This document shows positions 22,828 through 36,769 of a stretch of DNA of 64,000 nt, piece by piece. Every line of letters starts with the position of its first letter. Positions within the stretch are counted from its first letter, which is position 1. The stretch comes from Kondoa subrosea (lineage: Eukaryota). The notes under the pieces were generated by a model. The model was not told where the DNA came from, searched no databases, and saw only the letters and a list, made by a program, of their open reading frames with translations. The stretch covers positions 2,262,678 through 2,326,677 of the forward strand of contig BCIN01000002.1 in the NCBI GenBank assembly GCA_039545335.1. The letters are read 5' to 3'. A program made the translations under genes and the position numbers.

Positions 22828-25800
22828 CTATGCTCCAGGGTATCTGCTATCACCAAGATATCTTGTAACGAGTCTACTTCCGGTCATGAGATTCTTGACC
22901 TGAATTACTTGAGGGCTGAACATATTGTCAGCAATTAAACACCTCGAAACAATACTGGCTCACTCTTTCGGAATCAGATCAATACCGTTGTCATCGAAAA
23001 GAAGATCAGGTTGATCTCCAAATGCCAGAACTAGACCTCTGCGAAGGACGGTCAGCTAACATCACTACTGAAGGAGGTTTGCCTACTTGACAGGCATAGC
23101 CGCTTCAATACGAATAGCTTGCTTCTCGTAATCTATATCTACTTGCAACTGTACTTGCTTGTGAGTAGGAAAATGAAGGTACTTGAATCTGTAAACTATA
23201 TTAGCCATTATTGTGGGAAATCTCGCCATGCTTACGGTTCTGGCCAATCAGTAAACCGCGAAAGGACTCTCTTCGACTCTCCATCAATTAATCGAGCACA
23301 GAACACAACTGTTTTCGAATCGAGCAATGGTACATCCACCCTTGATAGTTCAGTGCTAGCATTTGCTTTGAGTCTTACGTTTTCTTTCTTCTCGTAGACT
23401 TTCTTGCCCGTAGCCAAGTCAAACGCTTCAATTAGAAGAACGACTTCCTTTTCTTGCAGAGAGCTGGAACAGGCCCAAACTTCAACCCATTCTTCTTCTT
23501 TACCAATCGCGCTCAATCCATCATATTTCGTTTCCTTGTAACGTTTCATTCCGACCGATAGAGGTGCTAAAGCCCTTTTGATAGAATAGAAAGCCATCTT
23601 GGGTCTATAGAAGTAATCTACAATGGACCAACTTTGGACAGGCCAGCAATCGTTCAATTGCCAAACGAGTGATCCACCAGTATACTTTGCTTCTTTCCAC
23701 TGGCGTCGGAAAACTCGATATGCCGAGCCATTACATTGAGCTTGCATTAGTTGGGTAATGAAGACGATAGAATTCAAATCGTTGGCACATCTGAAATTAT
23801 CCGTAATATAGCCCATGAGACGACGTTCTCCTGCATCGGCTTTTTGATGAGCAGCGATAATTCTAGATTGGGGGAATCGTTCTGAAGCATTTCCGTCGAG
23901 GTAACAATCAACGGTAGCGGCATGAGGAAATGCTTGCATGCCCCATCTAGTCTTCATAAGTCAAGATAGTATCAGAGCACAGAAAACAACCCACTCTGAG
24001 CAGAATCTCGTGGCCAACTTGTCCCATTCCTTACATCGTAACGTCAGCGTAGTACAGACTCCGATAGGTATACGAGAGAGAGTACCTGATATGGATGTCC
24101 ACCGTGCCAGACAGCCCATTGATGAGTGTCACCTTCCGTCACATTATAGCTATCAAACCTATCCCATGGTGAACCAAAAGTATAAGCTACACCAGATGCA
24201 TGTTCTTCTATGACTGATGGCAAGAGCTTCTCGTAGATCTCTCTAGCAGGGAAATCAGTTTTGTCCCATGGTCCTTCTGCATCTTTCGGATTCCCTACAG
24301 CAGATGAACTTATCGATGAGATTCCGCAAAAGCAAGCTCGCTCGAAGATGTACTGACATTGAAGTTTGAAATTCTGTGCTATCTGATAGTCCTCGTTGTT
24401 CCCCGTCCAGAATACTATTGAAGGTTGATGGCGCAAACGTTTGACATTGTAGATTGCTTCTTCTTTGACCGATTTCAAGAAGCTTTCGTGGGCAGGATAC
24501 TGTCCGCAAGCGAACATGAAGTCATGCCAGACCATAATGCCTAGTTCCGAGCATCGATCATAGAAGGAATTTTCAAGGTAGTAACCGCCTGTCGTTCTCA
24601 GTTAGAGCGTCACGAACGATAAAGAGCATTGTTCAAGCCGACCTCCCCAACTATCAGATGATATAAGATCTGCTTCGTACGGCAAAGGATTGTGACTCAC
24701 ATCCTGATCATATTCTGACCACCATGAGCAATCATCTCAACCCATTTGATTGACTTCTCTTCAGCTTCAGTGTTGAAAGAATCAGCAGGTATGAAGTTGC
24801 TGCCACCGCAAAAGACAGGCACGTTGTTGATCTGCCGCAAACATCAGAACAGTCATTATATCCATATGATTGAAGCTCACCTCGAAGTAGAAACTAGTGC
24901 CTTCTTGGTCCTCAAAAGGCTTTTGTATCAGTAGAGCACGTCGTAGACCAAAGCGTTTGCTAGCCGATGCTGTAATATTGCCCTGCGTACAAGACAACTT
25001 AGATCAGCGACACGATATATCCATGGAGTAGAGACGCACATGATTGTCCGAGAGTACGACTTCTGCTATGTATTGATGCTGTTTACCCATGTTGATAGGC
25101 CACCAAAGTTCGACTTCTGCTTTAGACAAGTCGAATTCATAATGATTGCTCGATACATTGCTTTGATAAACGACTTTGCCAGAATCTGATTTGACAGTGA
25201 TATTGAATTTCAAGCCAGGTATAACTTCATCAAGAATCGTGAAGGACATTTTGATACTCGCAGCTAAAGTTTCGTCTACTTCAGTTTGAACATGAAGGTC
25301 TTCGATGCGAATATGGTATGCTTCGAGCGTGACAGGACGGAAAACACCGCAAGTCATCAAAGTTGGACCCCAATCCCAACCATCTAATCGCAAGATCAGT
25401 CAAGGGACGAGAAACAGCGATCAATTTACAGTGATATTGTGCTTTTCGAACGTATAACCGACTTGAATCTCCATTGTATAGTACAAGCTTCTTCTTATGT
25501 TCAGCTTCAAGTTCTCGGCCAAGGAGAAAAGTGGAGCGGAAGTGGAAGAGCAAGGTATGATGCTTCGATGTACTTTGTTCGAGGATCTGCTTGACCGGTA
25601 CTCGATGACCTACAAACATGTTGTCACAGTCTAGTATTTGCTTGCCATCCTACATACCGCTGTTAGCATAAAGTGAGGGCAAAGACTGAGACTGACGAGA
25701 TAGACAGTGCAGTATGTGTCGAGACCTTCAAAGACTAGATCCACATGGGGAGTCTCCACATCACTCGATTCGAATTCGCAGCGATAGATCTGCCAAATCT

Positions 25801-26067
25801 ATTAGTCTAGTTTCCTATAGATTAGCACGAACTGACCCAAGCAGTCTCACCGACCCATTGCACAGCTTCTTCATTGGGCCCTCTGAATGGATCAGGAATC
25901 AATCCAGAATGAAGAAGCTCAACATGTATATTAGCAGGACTGCCCCGCTTGCACGGAGTGAAAGATGCATGATCGAGAGATGCGAGTTGCTCGGAAGAAA
26001 GATGCTCAGTGGGTTTTGCTGGACTGCGAGCCCAACTCCAGCGACTTTTCAAGACTTGCGAGTGCAT
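22828..26067 (-). CDS. Beta-mannosidase (glycoside hydrolase family 2)
   Basis: RKAQY/GWDWGP, GGSNFIPADSF, VWHDFMFACG, WTGNNED, GMQAFP, GSLVWQLNDCWPVQSWSIVDY. Confidence 0.95.
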
Positions 26068-26565
26068 TGCTGGCGACTGGACAGCGAAGAGGGGAGAAGA
26101 TATTATGTGACGAGGTCGAGGTGCGGACTCGAACAGAATAGGCAAGAAACTTGTGGAAAGCGGTTCATAGGCTGCAGCAGCCTGTCAGACAGAGGTTCAC
26201 AGCTCAACAGAGTGGCTGCTACGAGCTGTGCATGAGCAAATGTACTTCCAATGATTGATTTCAAGCAACCGCCGTATCCGCATTGCACAGCGCTGCATGG
26301 CTACTCCGGTCGAGATACCTACATCTGGCTTTCCGCAAGCCTCACAGCGAAATGACAGATCTATTTGAAGGCGTTCATTCAACTTTCCAGCAAAACAAAG
26401 GGCCTACTTTCATTGCCAGGCTTCCTGCCTATTGTGCCCTTGTTCTCGTGTTCCACGCTAGCATGTCTTTCCTTGAGTACATACTACCAACACATCATTT
26501 TTACGTGACCTACGTGAACCTTCGAATTCATTTCTTTCGCTCCTCGTGCCTAGCTATTCTATTGC

Positions 26566-29500
26566 ATGGAATTAGAGTCTGTCGGGCTTGCAAAGCGTAC
26601 AACTGCCAAGACTAGACAGCTCGCAAGCAAGCTATTTCATCGCAAGAAAGCGAGCAATGATCTTGCTTCACGGCGTTTATCTGGTGTCAGCGGATTCAGC
26701 GCTGCCACTGCACACCAGCAGGAGGATTCGCCTGCCTCTCCTACCGTTCACTGGCCTTTCATCGGCAAATCTGTGGCTTTTGCTGATCGCCCCACAACCC
26801 AGGATGAAGACGACACTTCATCTCTATCTTCCCATGGCGGTCATGAACACCTCAGCATCACTTCTCCTGCATCTTATGCTTCACCTCATATGCCAAAGCA
26901 ACAAGAAGACTACAAACAACAAGCTGAAGTCGCGAATGTTCACGTAAGGATGCACTTGACCCTTTTCTCAATCTCGCTAATCTGTTGTCTGGCAGGTTCT
27001 GGACCTGTTCGATCAACTGCAAGTCGCAAAAGCTGATTTTCTGCAACAATACCAGCAAACTCAACGCGCAGCGGATCTAAATTATGGTCTGCAACAAAGA
27101 CTAGCTGCAGCAGATGAACGAGAAGATCTTCTCCGCAAATCAAGAGAAGAACAAGAAGTGATTTCCATGAACTTGCATTCCGAATTAGAAGCTAAAAGAG
27201 CGGAAATTACTGGTCTTTCTGAACAACTTCAATCTTTGACTGAACATAGTGAACAATTACGATCCAAACATAGGTTCATGAAACAAGTTAGCGATCAACA
27301 GAAACAAGTACTCAATGAAGCTACCGGTCAGATCAAGACCCTCGAACAAACTGTCCTGGACTTGGAGAAAGCTTTGCAAACTGCTCGAGCGGAAATTGAG
27401 AGAATGCAAAAAGAGGAGAAATCTAGCAAGAGGGAACGCTCTGTCCTTCGAAAACAGCTAGAAAAGGATCAAGATGAGTTGTTAGCGCTTCAAGGGTTTC
27501 AAAAGGAATTACAAGCTGCAAAAGTGGAAGTTGGGAGATTGGAACGATTGCTGGGTGGAAAGAAAGCTGAATTGGACTCGGCTCAGCATGCGCGCACAGA
27601 AGCTGAACATCGTTCACGATTCGCTTCGCATGCAAAAGAAGAATTGGAGGTTCAATATAGTCAACAACAGAAGCGTCTGCAAGACGCGTTGGCCGAAGTA
27701 GATCATCTAGGCCAGAGCTTGTTGGATCAGACCAACAAGAATGAAGATTTGGCTGCTCATTTGGAAGCCTCTCGCAAGTCTTTGACTGAAGTCCAAGCGC
27801 AACTCACGATAACCAACGGCTCCCTCTCTACCGAGAGATCCGAAGCTGAACATGCTCAGTCTCAATTGGACGAGTCTCGCCAGATGATTGCGGCTATGCA
27901 GTCTCAAATCAACGGAATGAAAACCGATCTGCAAGCTGCCGAGATCCAGCACAATACGCAAGACCAAGAATATGTAAATATGCGCGCCAAGCTTGAGGCA
28001 GATAGATCAGCTCAAACAGAAGCCGGTCGCATACTTCGAGAAGAATTGGGCAAATCGCGCGATGCTTATCGAGAGATGCGCAGCGCAAGAGATGCTGCCT
28101 CCGATGAGCTCGAACAACTCAAACGCACTCATACTCATACTTTGTTTGAACTTGGTCAATCGCGCAATATTGCAGAGCAGAACAGATTGGATGCTGATAC
28201 TCAACATTCCGTCAGCAAATCACTCAATGAGCAATTAAGTGTCATCACTACTCGTCTGGCTTCTTTGACAACAGCAAATGAAGAACTACAACAGCAAGTG
28301 GATCTGGCGAATAAGAAAACCCAGGAAACCAGTTTTCTTGCGGTTGAAGCCGAATCCATGACTTCGGAACAACTTTCTGCTTTGCTCGCCTCCAATCAAA
28401 GTCTTGCGTCTGAATTGGATTCTCTCACTCGCCAATCTGAGTCTGATTCTGCCAAACATCAAGCTGTTATTGCGGAACTACAAGAACAGCTGGCTACATC
28501 ATCTAAATCCCATGCAATCATCGTTCGCGAACATGGTAGTATGGAGTCGCGTCTTGCTGCTTTGCGAGCTGAGATGCATCAAATGAATCAGTCGGTGATC
28601 TGAATAGCTTTACTATCTTTGACTGACGTTTTGATGCAGTGGTCTGTCACGCACGTCCATGACTGTCGAAGCCAACGGTATGTCTTTGTCTTTACTGAAG
28701 TGCTCGCGCTAAGAAGCACTTCAGAACGAGCCCTTAGCGGCTATGCGGCACGATTACAGAAGGCCAACGCTGCCCGCGATGAGTTGTCCATGAAGATGTC
28801 AAATTTGGCCTCCGAGAACCTCAACCTGAACTTGAGCATCGATACGCTCAAGGATGCTCTAAAGAAAGCAAGGGAAGAGCTTTCGGCTGCTTTACGATCT
28901 GATTCCAGCAAGACTGAAAAATTGATGTCTCTCAACATCGATCACAGCTCTCTTCTGGATAAACTCAAAAGTTTGGAAGAGCAACAAGTGCTGCTGATTG
29001 ACCAGGTTAGTTGCATTACTTTTAATATCATCTAGGACTCACTTCATACACAGGGGCAGATTACCGATGAGCGTTGCTCGACTCTCACTTTTCAGCTTGA
29101 ACAAGCTCGACAAGCGTTGAACGAGAAGACCGAACAAATAGAACAATTGGAGTTACGTTCGGCAGAGACTCTCGAGGCTTTGCGAAAGTCGGACGAAGTA
29201 TCTGCTCGTTTGCCAGTCATAGAAGAACAGCTTCGAACAGCGAATATTACTTCATCAAATGCCGATCGTACTATACAAGAACAGCAAAGTCTCCTTACTG
29301 AAGTTCGCGAAGAGCTTCAAGCAAAAGAACGGCTTGTGCGAGAAACCAGTGAGGAACTATCACGTTCGCAAGATCAGCAGCAGCAATTGCAGAAGTTGGT
29401 GGATGAAGCTGATTCAGAACGTGAGAGTATGCGAGAGAACGTAAGCGCCAACTTCTGCTTTTTGTGCGCGCAGGCTGATAGCTGTCGGTCGCTACCTACA

Positions 29501-30218
29501 GTTTAGAATACTCTCATCTGAAGCTCAAGAAGCTGCTAAACAAGTTAGAGCCAAACAAGAAGAAATCGCTGGTCTGCAAGAACGCCAGGCTCAACAACTC
29601 GCTCTGCCTGCACCAGCGCCCAAATCCAGATCGCCGCCTCTCGATCTAGCTCAACAAGTTGTCAGTGCAGAGACTTCGCTCTTGTTGCTGCAGACTCATC
29701 TTCGCCAACGTTTCTCTGATAATCCGTCTTTTCTGCAACGAGTCAGTACGTTGGGAATCGACAAGATCCCTGATTACATTCAAGCAGCACCAGCAGCTAA
29801 ACTAGAAAAGGCTTTAACATCCATCCGAGAACTATCTGAAGCTCTTCCATCAATAGACAGCAATGCTGTCATTCGTAGCAAAGGCAATCATGCAGAATCT
29901 TCTTTATCTGCTATCAACAACGCGACTGCTCAAGCTCTACTGCAAAGACTAGTGCAAGCCAATAGCGAAAACAATCTTTCGCTCTACCGAGAGCCGAGCA
30001 ATTGGGTTGACCCGTCTACGCCTAACATGTGGATGACAAGAGTACCACCGGGTAGCGGTAGAAATATGTTGCAAGGCAGACTAGGTCCGCAAACGAGAGA
30101 GGAAAGCGATGATTTAGCTGGATGTGAGTTCTTAGGTTTCAATCTCTTACAATGTCCTGATCAGGACGTGCTCATAGGGCAAGCATTGCAGCAGAGCTGG
30201 GGCTTGCCGTCAACATAG
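26566..30218 (+). CDS. Large coiled-coil protein (~1000+ aa), function unknown
   Basis: Successive heptad-rich E/Q/K/L exons (27158-28603, 28740-29005, 29117-29440) with GT-AG joins, plus a non-coiled C-terminal domain. Confidence 0.8.
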
Positions 30219-30416
30219 AAGAGCGCTGTTACCGCGAAGCATTCCGTGTTTAGTGCATCGGCACATGATTTACTCATGCACATAGTACAGGATACACATA
30301 TGACACATCATACATACATTTAGTAATCTGCAGACTGTCAGACCTTTCATGCGGTGTTCGAGATCTCCATGCCAAGTTTGCAAAAACTTCCCCGCTCATT
30401 GGCTTGTCGCCATACC

Positions 30417-31465
30417 ATGAGCCCAATCACAATAGATGACTTACAGAGCCTACAAATAGCAACACCGCAAAGTCCAAGTGCAGCCGAAGGCAAGAGAGTA
30501 CAGTTCTTTGCGCAAACAGTTGTACATGACGAGGAAAATGGGCCGTAAATTACGCTGCTTGCTATCTTTTACTGGTCTAACGCATGTAGTACAGCCTTTC
30601 ACCACCTTGTGCAGAAACCTTGCGATCCTACTTCCCCAACCAAGACGCTTCGACAAGCAAGAGGTGGAAGTTCGCCAGTCTGAGGAAACCACTTGGTCGA
30701 GCTCGTTCTTCTTCTGTTGTGCCCACATCCTCTTCGAATTGCTTGATTAAATCTTGCCTCAAATCACCTAATTCCTCGCACAAAGCCTCTTCCTCTTCAA
30801 AGCCCCACCGATATGCCACTTCCGCGCCAACTCAGTCTTACTTTCCTATCAACCCCTGTCCAGTAGTTCATACACCTCCGCCTCAAACTCCATCTCTATC
30901 TTTCTCTCCTCAAAGTCAAGCATCTTATTTCCCTCTTGCAAGCCCAACAAATGCTACTTCTCCCGGTACTGAAACGGTTCCTTTGCAAGATTGTTGTGCT
31001 TCTTGTAGACCTGGTTGGAGTTATGGATTACAAGGTGGTGAAGCAGGAGAATACAGAGAACATTGGTCTGAAGGAGCTCTAGCCAAACGGAGGCAAGATC
31101 AAGAAGAATCTTCCCTGTTCACTTTTGAGAAAGCTGAGAGTATGAGAGTGGACGAAGGAGATTGTGAAGCTGGTCGTCGGAGGCAGGTGTTTGGATATGC
31201 CGAAGCAGAAGAAGAAGAAGAGGAAACGCCTAAATTGACTAGAAGAGCGACGGTGGATTCGACTAGATCAATCAAATCATCCTCCGCTCGACCGATCTTG
31301 TCGCAACCGGCTAAAATTGGTACTTCTCCCTGCTGGACTAACGTAGTTGAAAGGGAAGCGAGGTTGGCTAAAGAAGAAAGAGAAAGGCAGAAGAATTGTA
31401 GTTTCTGGCAGAAGCATAATCTGGGTGGGATCCTGTCGGGTGCAGCAGGCGTGAGAGGATGGTAG
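30417..31465 (+). CDS. Ser/Pro-rich hypothetical protein with PP1-docking-like motifs
   Basis: Two exons joined in phase (gtaaat..acag); KRVQF and KSCLK motifs; CCASC motif. Confidence 0.65.
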
Positions 31466-31538
31466 TAGTTGTATTGGTATCTAGGGGTTCTGTATGTGGT
31501 TGTACGATTGGTCAGAAGTTGTAATGAGAGCATGGTTA

Positions 31539-32082
31539 TCATTCTTTCTTGGATGTCCTTTTCTGTTGACTCTCGTAGAAGAACCAAGAAAGGCGCATAC
31601 AGAACAGCATAACCGTAATGCCGATATTTCCCCAAGCAAGACCGTCTAAACCTCAAATTAATACGACAAGGACCTCCAAGCTATGACAACTCACTCCAGC
31701 TTCGAGGATCAAACATCAAACCAGGACCCAATGCTTGCATCGACCAATAGACATGCGTAAGATCGCAGAAAGCCAGAACCCCAAGAAACCTCTTCAGTAT
31801 CTTGGCTTTCACGCTTTCCGCTACCTTGGCTTCACATAACGCAGGGATAATAGCCAATGAGATCAAAGCCAGCAAGAGATAGCAGTTGCCCAGTAATTGA
31901 ATCGTGCTCAGGCTCGTTTTGTGAGCTGGCAGAGGAGCAGCTCCACCAATTGAAATTGGTAGATAGCTCTTGTAGTATAATTCTGACAGGAAGAGAGCAT
32001 AAAATGCCCCGCCTAACGTCAGAGCAGGCTCTAACTTTGCAAAAAAGAAGTAGAATGGATTGGGTAGAGCTGGCGCATCCAT
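31539..32082 (-). CDS. Small fungal 4-TM membrane protein of unknown function
   Basis: FFFAKLEP, QLLGNCYLLLAL, LAFCDLTH, spliced WGNIGITVMLFCMRLSW; pattern of a conserved fungal membrane family. Confidence 0.75.
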
Positions 32083-32244
32083 GATCTGATCTTTGGCTTC
32101 GGTTTCGTCGTCTTCGCGTGAACTCTATACCGTGAGTTGTAGTTGCTGAGATACAGGAGAAATTGGCCAGTCAAGCAGTATTAGTCAGCAAAGTCAGCCG
32201 GCCGAGAGTGTGACACCGCGTCAGCCATGCAGCATCATGTACAG

Positions 32245-33683
32245 CTATCGTACAAGACTATCGTAATCAATCTGCTCATCGATATCATCGTCCTGTGCTT
32301 CTTCGAACTGATCAATCTCGACCATAACAGGAGCCTCTTCACCTTCTTCAGCAAACAAATCCTCATCCGAATCCACATTCTCTTTCAGTAAGTCATAATG
32401 CAAGGTCTTCTTGCCAGGTGAAGGTTTCTCCAACCCTTCTAGATCCCAACCAAACTTCTCTGCTGTAAAACTCGCGAAAGTTGACCAAATGGCAGTGAAC
32501 TCCTTCCAACTAGAAGAAGAGCCATGCTTCTTATTGACTGATCTTAGCGAATCGCGTAGAAATGTGAGTTCTTTTGCTAAAAAGGTATCGAGTTCAGGTA
32601 AATCCAGATCAAAGAAGCCTTCTCGGAGTGATTTCAGTTGCGGAAGAAGTACTTTGCTCAAGAAAGCAGAATAAAGCGAGAGTGTGATTATTGTGGAAGA
32701 ATTGGGCGTTGTAGGTAGAAGAACGTCTTTGCTTCGACATAAGAGGGAAATGATGTTCTTGAAGATTTCGAGGGAAGAGAAATTGTTCACATTGATGAAG
32801 AGAATAAAGGCCAGCTGGAGTTCTGCTAATAATTGTTGAGGATCTATACGGTTTCTTCAGCGGATGTCTTGTGTTATCAATTGTGAAACTCACCTCTAGC
32901 CAATTGCTTCTCCACCACATCCCCAAGAAGCCAGCTCTTATCTATGCTATGCTTCGTCAGATCTTCCGCTACAGCTCCTTGAGGCCAACTTCGCTTCAAA
33001 TCGAAAGTAACGAAATTGAGGACTTCTTCAGGCGATCCAGGCAGGGCAGACTCTACATCCGTTACTCCATCCTCACGTGGCCTCGGTTTCCCCCATGTCA
33101 GCTTTGTTTCTGCCGCCTTCTGCTTTTGCGCTCCAGCTAATTGATCAGTCGCGCTGGGCGATAGTGAATCTAGCAGAGCATCTCCTAAAGCATTGAAGCC
33201 GATGACCCGAGCCAAGCAAGGTGAGTCGATGAAAGAGCACAGAGACTTCCATTCCTCCAGTTTGTCCAGCGGGTAAGGCGCTAAAGAAGCATCGAGAGAC
33301 TTGATGTGATCTTTGGACACGACAGTCATTTCTTCAGGTATTGCTGCTTCTGCTATCCTTCGACGCTTGCTCGGTCTTGCTTCATCCGAGACTTCACCTT
33401 TTGCTGAGTTCCACTTCCTTGCCAAAATTTCTTGAGGTTTGACCAAATGCACGATCGCTTTACGAATACCCAAGCCTGAATCTTGTGTTGCTGTTGAAGG
33501 ATTGCTAAACGTCAAGAGGTGCAATCCAGCAGGCAAAAGCTTGATTCCCGAGAATTGCTTCACATCCCAGACTGATCCATCGATTCCAAATTCGCTGCCT
33601 TCTTCAAGACCTTCTACCAGCAGAAATCCTCCAGCATCATACAGTCGTTTGACATCTTCTGGTGACAGCTTGCTCGGGTCCAT
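32245..33683 (-). CDS. AAR2: U5 snRNP assembly factor Aar2
   Basis: GSEFGIDG, FSGIKLLPAGLHLLTFS, LAPYP, LTKHSIDKSWLL, ELQLAFILFINVNNFSSLE, KFGWDL. Confidence 0.9.
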
Positions 33684-33730
33684 TGCTTCACTCGCCGGCT
33701 GTTGCTCGACGAGCAGTCTCGAGATTGTAA

Positions 33731-34935
33731 ATGACTTCACCAAGTTTTTACCAAAGGCCTTTGCCAAGTAGCTGTATCCCTTTCAATTCAACGCAAGGCA
33801 AAGATTTCTTCAAACGCAGTTTAGCTTCAGGTCAAGCTGAAGTTTACTTTGAACTCTCTCAAGCATTCTTAACTCAAGATGAGCCAGCCTTTTGTGCCTT
33901 AGGGACTCTTTGCATGATCTTGAATGCATTGCAAGTCGATCCGAATCGGAAATGGAAAGGCAATTGGCGGTTCTTTGATCAATCCATGTTAGACTGTTGT
34001 CGACCCTTGGCTAAAATAGCGGTCGATGGCTTAACTCTACCTGAGTTCGTTTGTCTGGCGAAATGCAATGGTCTAGTCGCGGATACAATTGGTGGAGCAA
34101 AACCTTTCCCTCAAGCTCAAGAAGATGGTTTGGAAGCGTTCGAGCAAGCGGTTTTGAGGTGTACTTCTGCAAGTGATATTATGATGGCTGTGTCATACTC
34201 TCGGAAAACTCTAGGACAAACTGGTGACGGTCACTTTTCCCCAATCGGAGCGTCAGTACATTGTTCTGAACTCTCCAAACAATAGCTCATAGATTACTTA
34301 GGTACTCGCCTGAAGATCGTATGGTCCTAATACTGGATGTAGCACGCTTCAAGTATCCTTCTTACTGGGTCTCCCTCGATCTACTATATCAATCTTTGAT
34401 GCCACACGACAAGGCGACCAATAAACCTCGTGGCTATGTTATGCTTTCTCGAAAAGCGGAAGAAATTCAACATGATTACTGCTTAAAGCTGAATCTCGAT
34501 AAACAAGTATACACCACGTTACGAAGAAACCTGAAAGCCAATACAACAAATGAACAGACTCGTCAACAAGCTTTCGATGGCCTGAAGATAGAGTGTGCAA
34601 GAATGGGCCTCACTCCATTGGTATCCCGGTGCGAGACTATAGGGGAAGATGAGAATCACACTGGAAGATTGCAAGCGATACTTGAAGAAGCCTCGCAGCT
34701 TGCTGCTGCTTGCTCTATCTCGATCGACGATTCAAGTCTTGTCTATTTCTGCTTCTTTGTTGCTATCTTGCAAGCTGAACTGTTACCCAAAGTCAAGTCG
34801 GAGGAAGCAGAAGAACTGCGTCGGGTCAAGGATCAAGAAATGCAGGACTTGGAACTGTTGGCTAAAGAAGTTGGACGCGTCACACAACTCCTGAGCAACT
34901 TGCAATGTTGCTGTGCAGATGAGAAGTCTAGATAA
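33731..34935 (+). CDS. PCS: Phytochelatin synthase (glutathione gamma-glutamylcysteinyltransferase)
   Basis: SFYQRPLP, TQDEPAFCALGTL (Cys), GQTGDGHFSPIG (His), LILDVARFKYP (Asp); one intron ~34252-34301; C-terminal CCC. Confidence 0.93.
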
Positions 34936-35022
34936 AATTCTATGAGCCGCCGTGACGGTCTCTCATGTCAGAGTTGTTTGTTTTCTTTTTTGAGCAAAGT
35001 TCTTTTTGAACAGCTATCCGCA

Positions 35023-36579
35023 ATGTCAAGACTGCTGCAACTCTCTGATGAATTACTACATCGTATTGCCGACATGCTTCTGCAAGCTGGGGAGCCTGGC
35101 GCTTTAGCTCTATCTCGCGTGAACAGGAAGTTTCACGCAAATCAATACATGCGCGAGCTGGCAGATTCAGAACGCTACCACACTATTCACTTCTCGTACT
35201 TCAAGAGTTCTTGTCCTACTTTGGTCAAAGCTCTTTCAAATGAGGCTACTGCGAAGTTGGTCAAGCGAATTTCTTTTGAAGTTGGCGACGAACCCAGTTT
35301 GGCTACTGACGCAATGCTTCAAGTGCTGAGATTGCTGCCTTCCGTCGAAGTGCTTAAGATCACGATCAAGCAGAAGCCGGACGACAAGCAAATGGTCGAT
35401 GAAGCGGAAAATAAGATATTGACTCAAGAGCAGGAACTATACCTCTGTGATTCTTTACCTTTACTTCTATTGAAGCTCAGCTTTCTTCCTACCTTGCAAC
35501 ATATCTCCCTAGTTTCGGAGCTAGAGTTGCCAGTATGGGCTGACTGTGTTCACCGATCTTTCTCCTGGCTAGGCGCATGCAGAAGCGTACAATCGTTCAC
35601 TTTCCATAACGCAGATCTTGGTAGTACGGTATTCCACAAGACAGAGCAAGTCAAGCATGCAGCATTTATCAACAGCATTTCCGAGCAACATTGCTATATA
35701 GGATTTGACTTTTTCATCAACTCACTAACCGGTCTGGGTAGGCTACGTGTCTGGATTAACTGTGCACCGGACGAAGTTTGACCTGCCCATTCGCACAATG
35801 TCACAAGTATATTGTCTTTGGCTCGGCTCGGATGTCCAAGATGATCATGATAGTATGTGCATTGACAATACATACCGTATTGTGCTCAAGGATAGTCATC
35901 AGAACTGATGGCAAACAAGGATCTAGCATCAAACTCTCTCATACAAAATCTCATACAAGGCGTGCAACATCTTGAGGTCATTGTATTCAAGCCAGAAACA
36001 TGTCCCGAAGTAGACAGCGTATCTCAACTCTTTCCTTCTGTCCGATCTGTCAATATAATGCGCGATCTGCGTGGTCGAACGATCAACAATCGGGTTATCT
36101 CTCTTACATCCGTCCACGCCGTTTTGCTAGCTTTAGAAACTTGCCCTAAGCTGGAACACATTTGCATCGATATAGACGTAGCAATTTCAAGCGATGACGC
36201 CGTAGATACGCAAGAGCTGAGAAGAGGATTGGACTACCTAACAAGCGATGCCTTTAAGCAGCTCAGACCAGTCACCCTTCATTTCAATAGCCTTCAAGCG
36301 AATGAGCATGTCACGGCCTTTCACGACCTCTTTGAACATATTAAAAACGTCTCACGTCCCAAAGGCTTAGGTTTGCAAAGGATCTTTGAAGTATGCAGTA
36401 CGGACCAGATGAGAATGTGGAGAGGGCTAGATCAGGACAGTCGGTCGGTATTCAGGTTGAAACTCAGCAATGGAAATTTAGGTCGTATGAGAGCTGAAGG
36501 CGAGTTGACTGGCCGGTTGATAGATGCAATGCGAGACGCACGTCAAAACAAGCCGAGGCTGTCTCGTTCAGGCAGGTGA
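35023..36579 (+). CDS. F-box-like / RNI-like repeat protein, paralog A (apparently intact)
   Basis: LLQLSDELLHRIA..LALSRVNRKF N-terminus and LxxLxL repeats; two phase-1 introns restore one frame. Confidence 0.7.
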
Positions 36580-36769
36580 GCATTTTCCATCTGTTTATGG
36601 TGTTTCGCTCGGGAGCTTAAAAGTGACTTGTAGAGTACTAAAGAAGGTAGCCAGATGAAGGTCATCCTAAGTTGCAAGATTTTTCCTCCTTCGTCTTCTC
36701 GCGGCAAAAGACAAGCGTACTCGTAATCATTTCATCATCTTCCTGCCTTCAACTAGCTCGAATTGTTCG

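Noticed and set aside
25714..26235. Antisense ORFs over real genes (also 31099-31656, 22407-22856, 46366-46596 and others)
   Set aside because: Shadow frames of well-supported opposite-strand genes.
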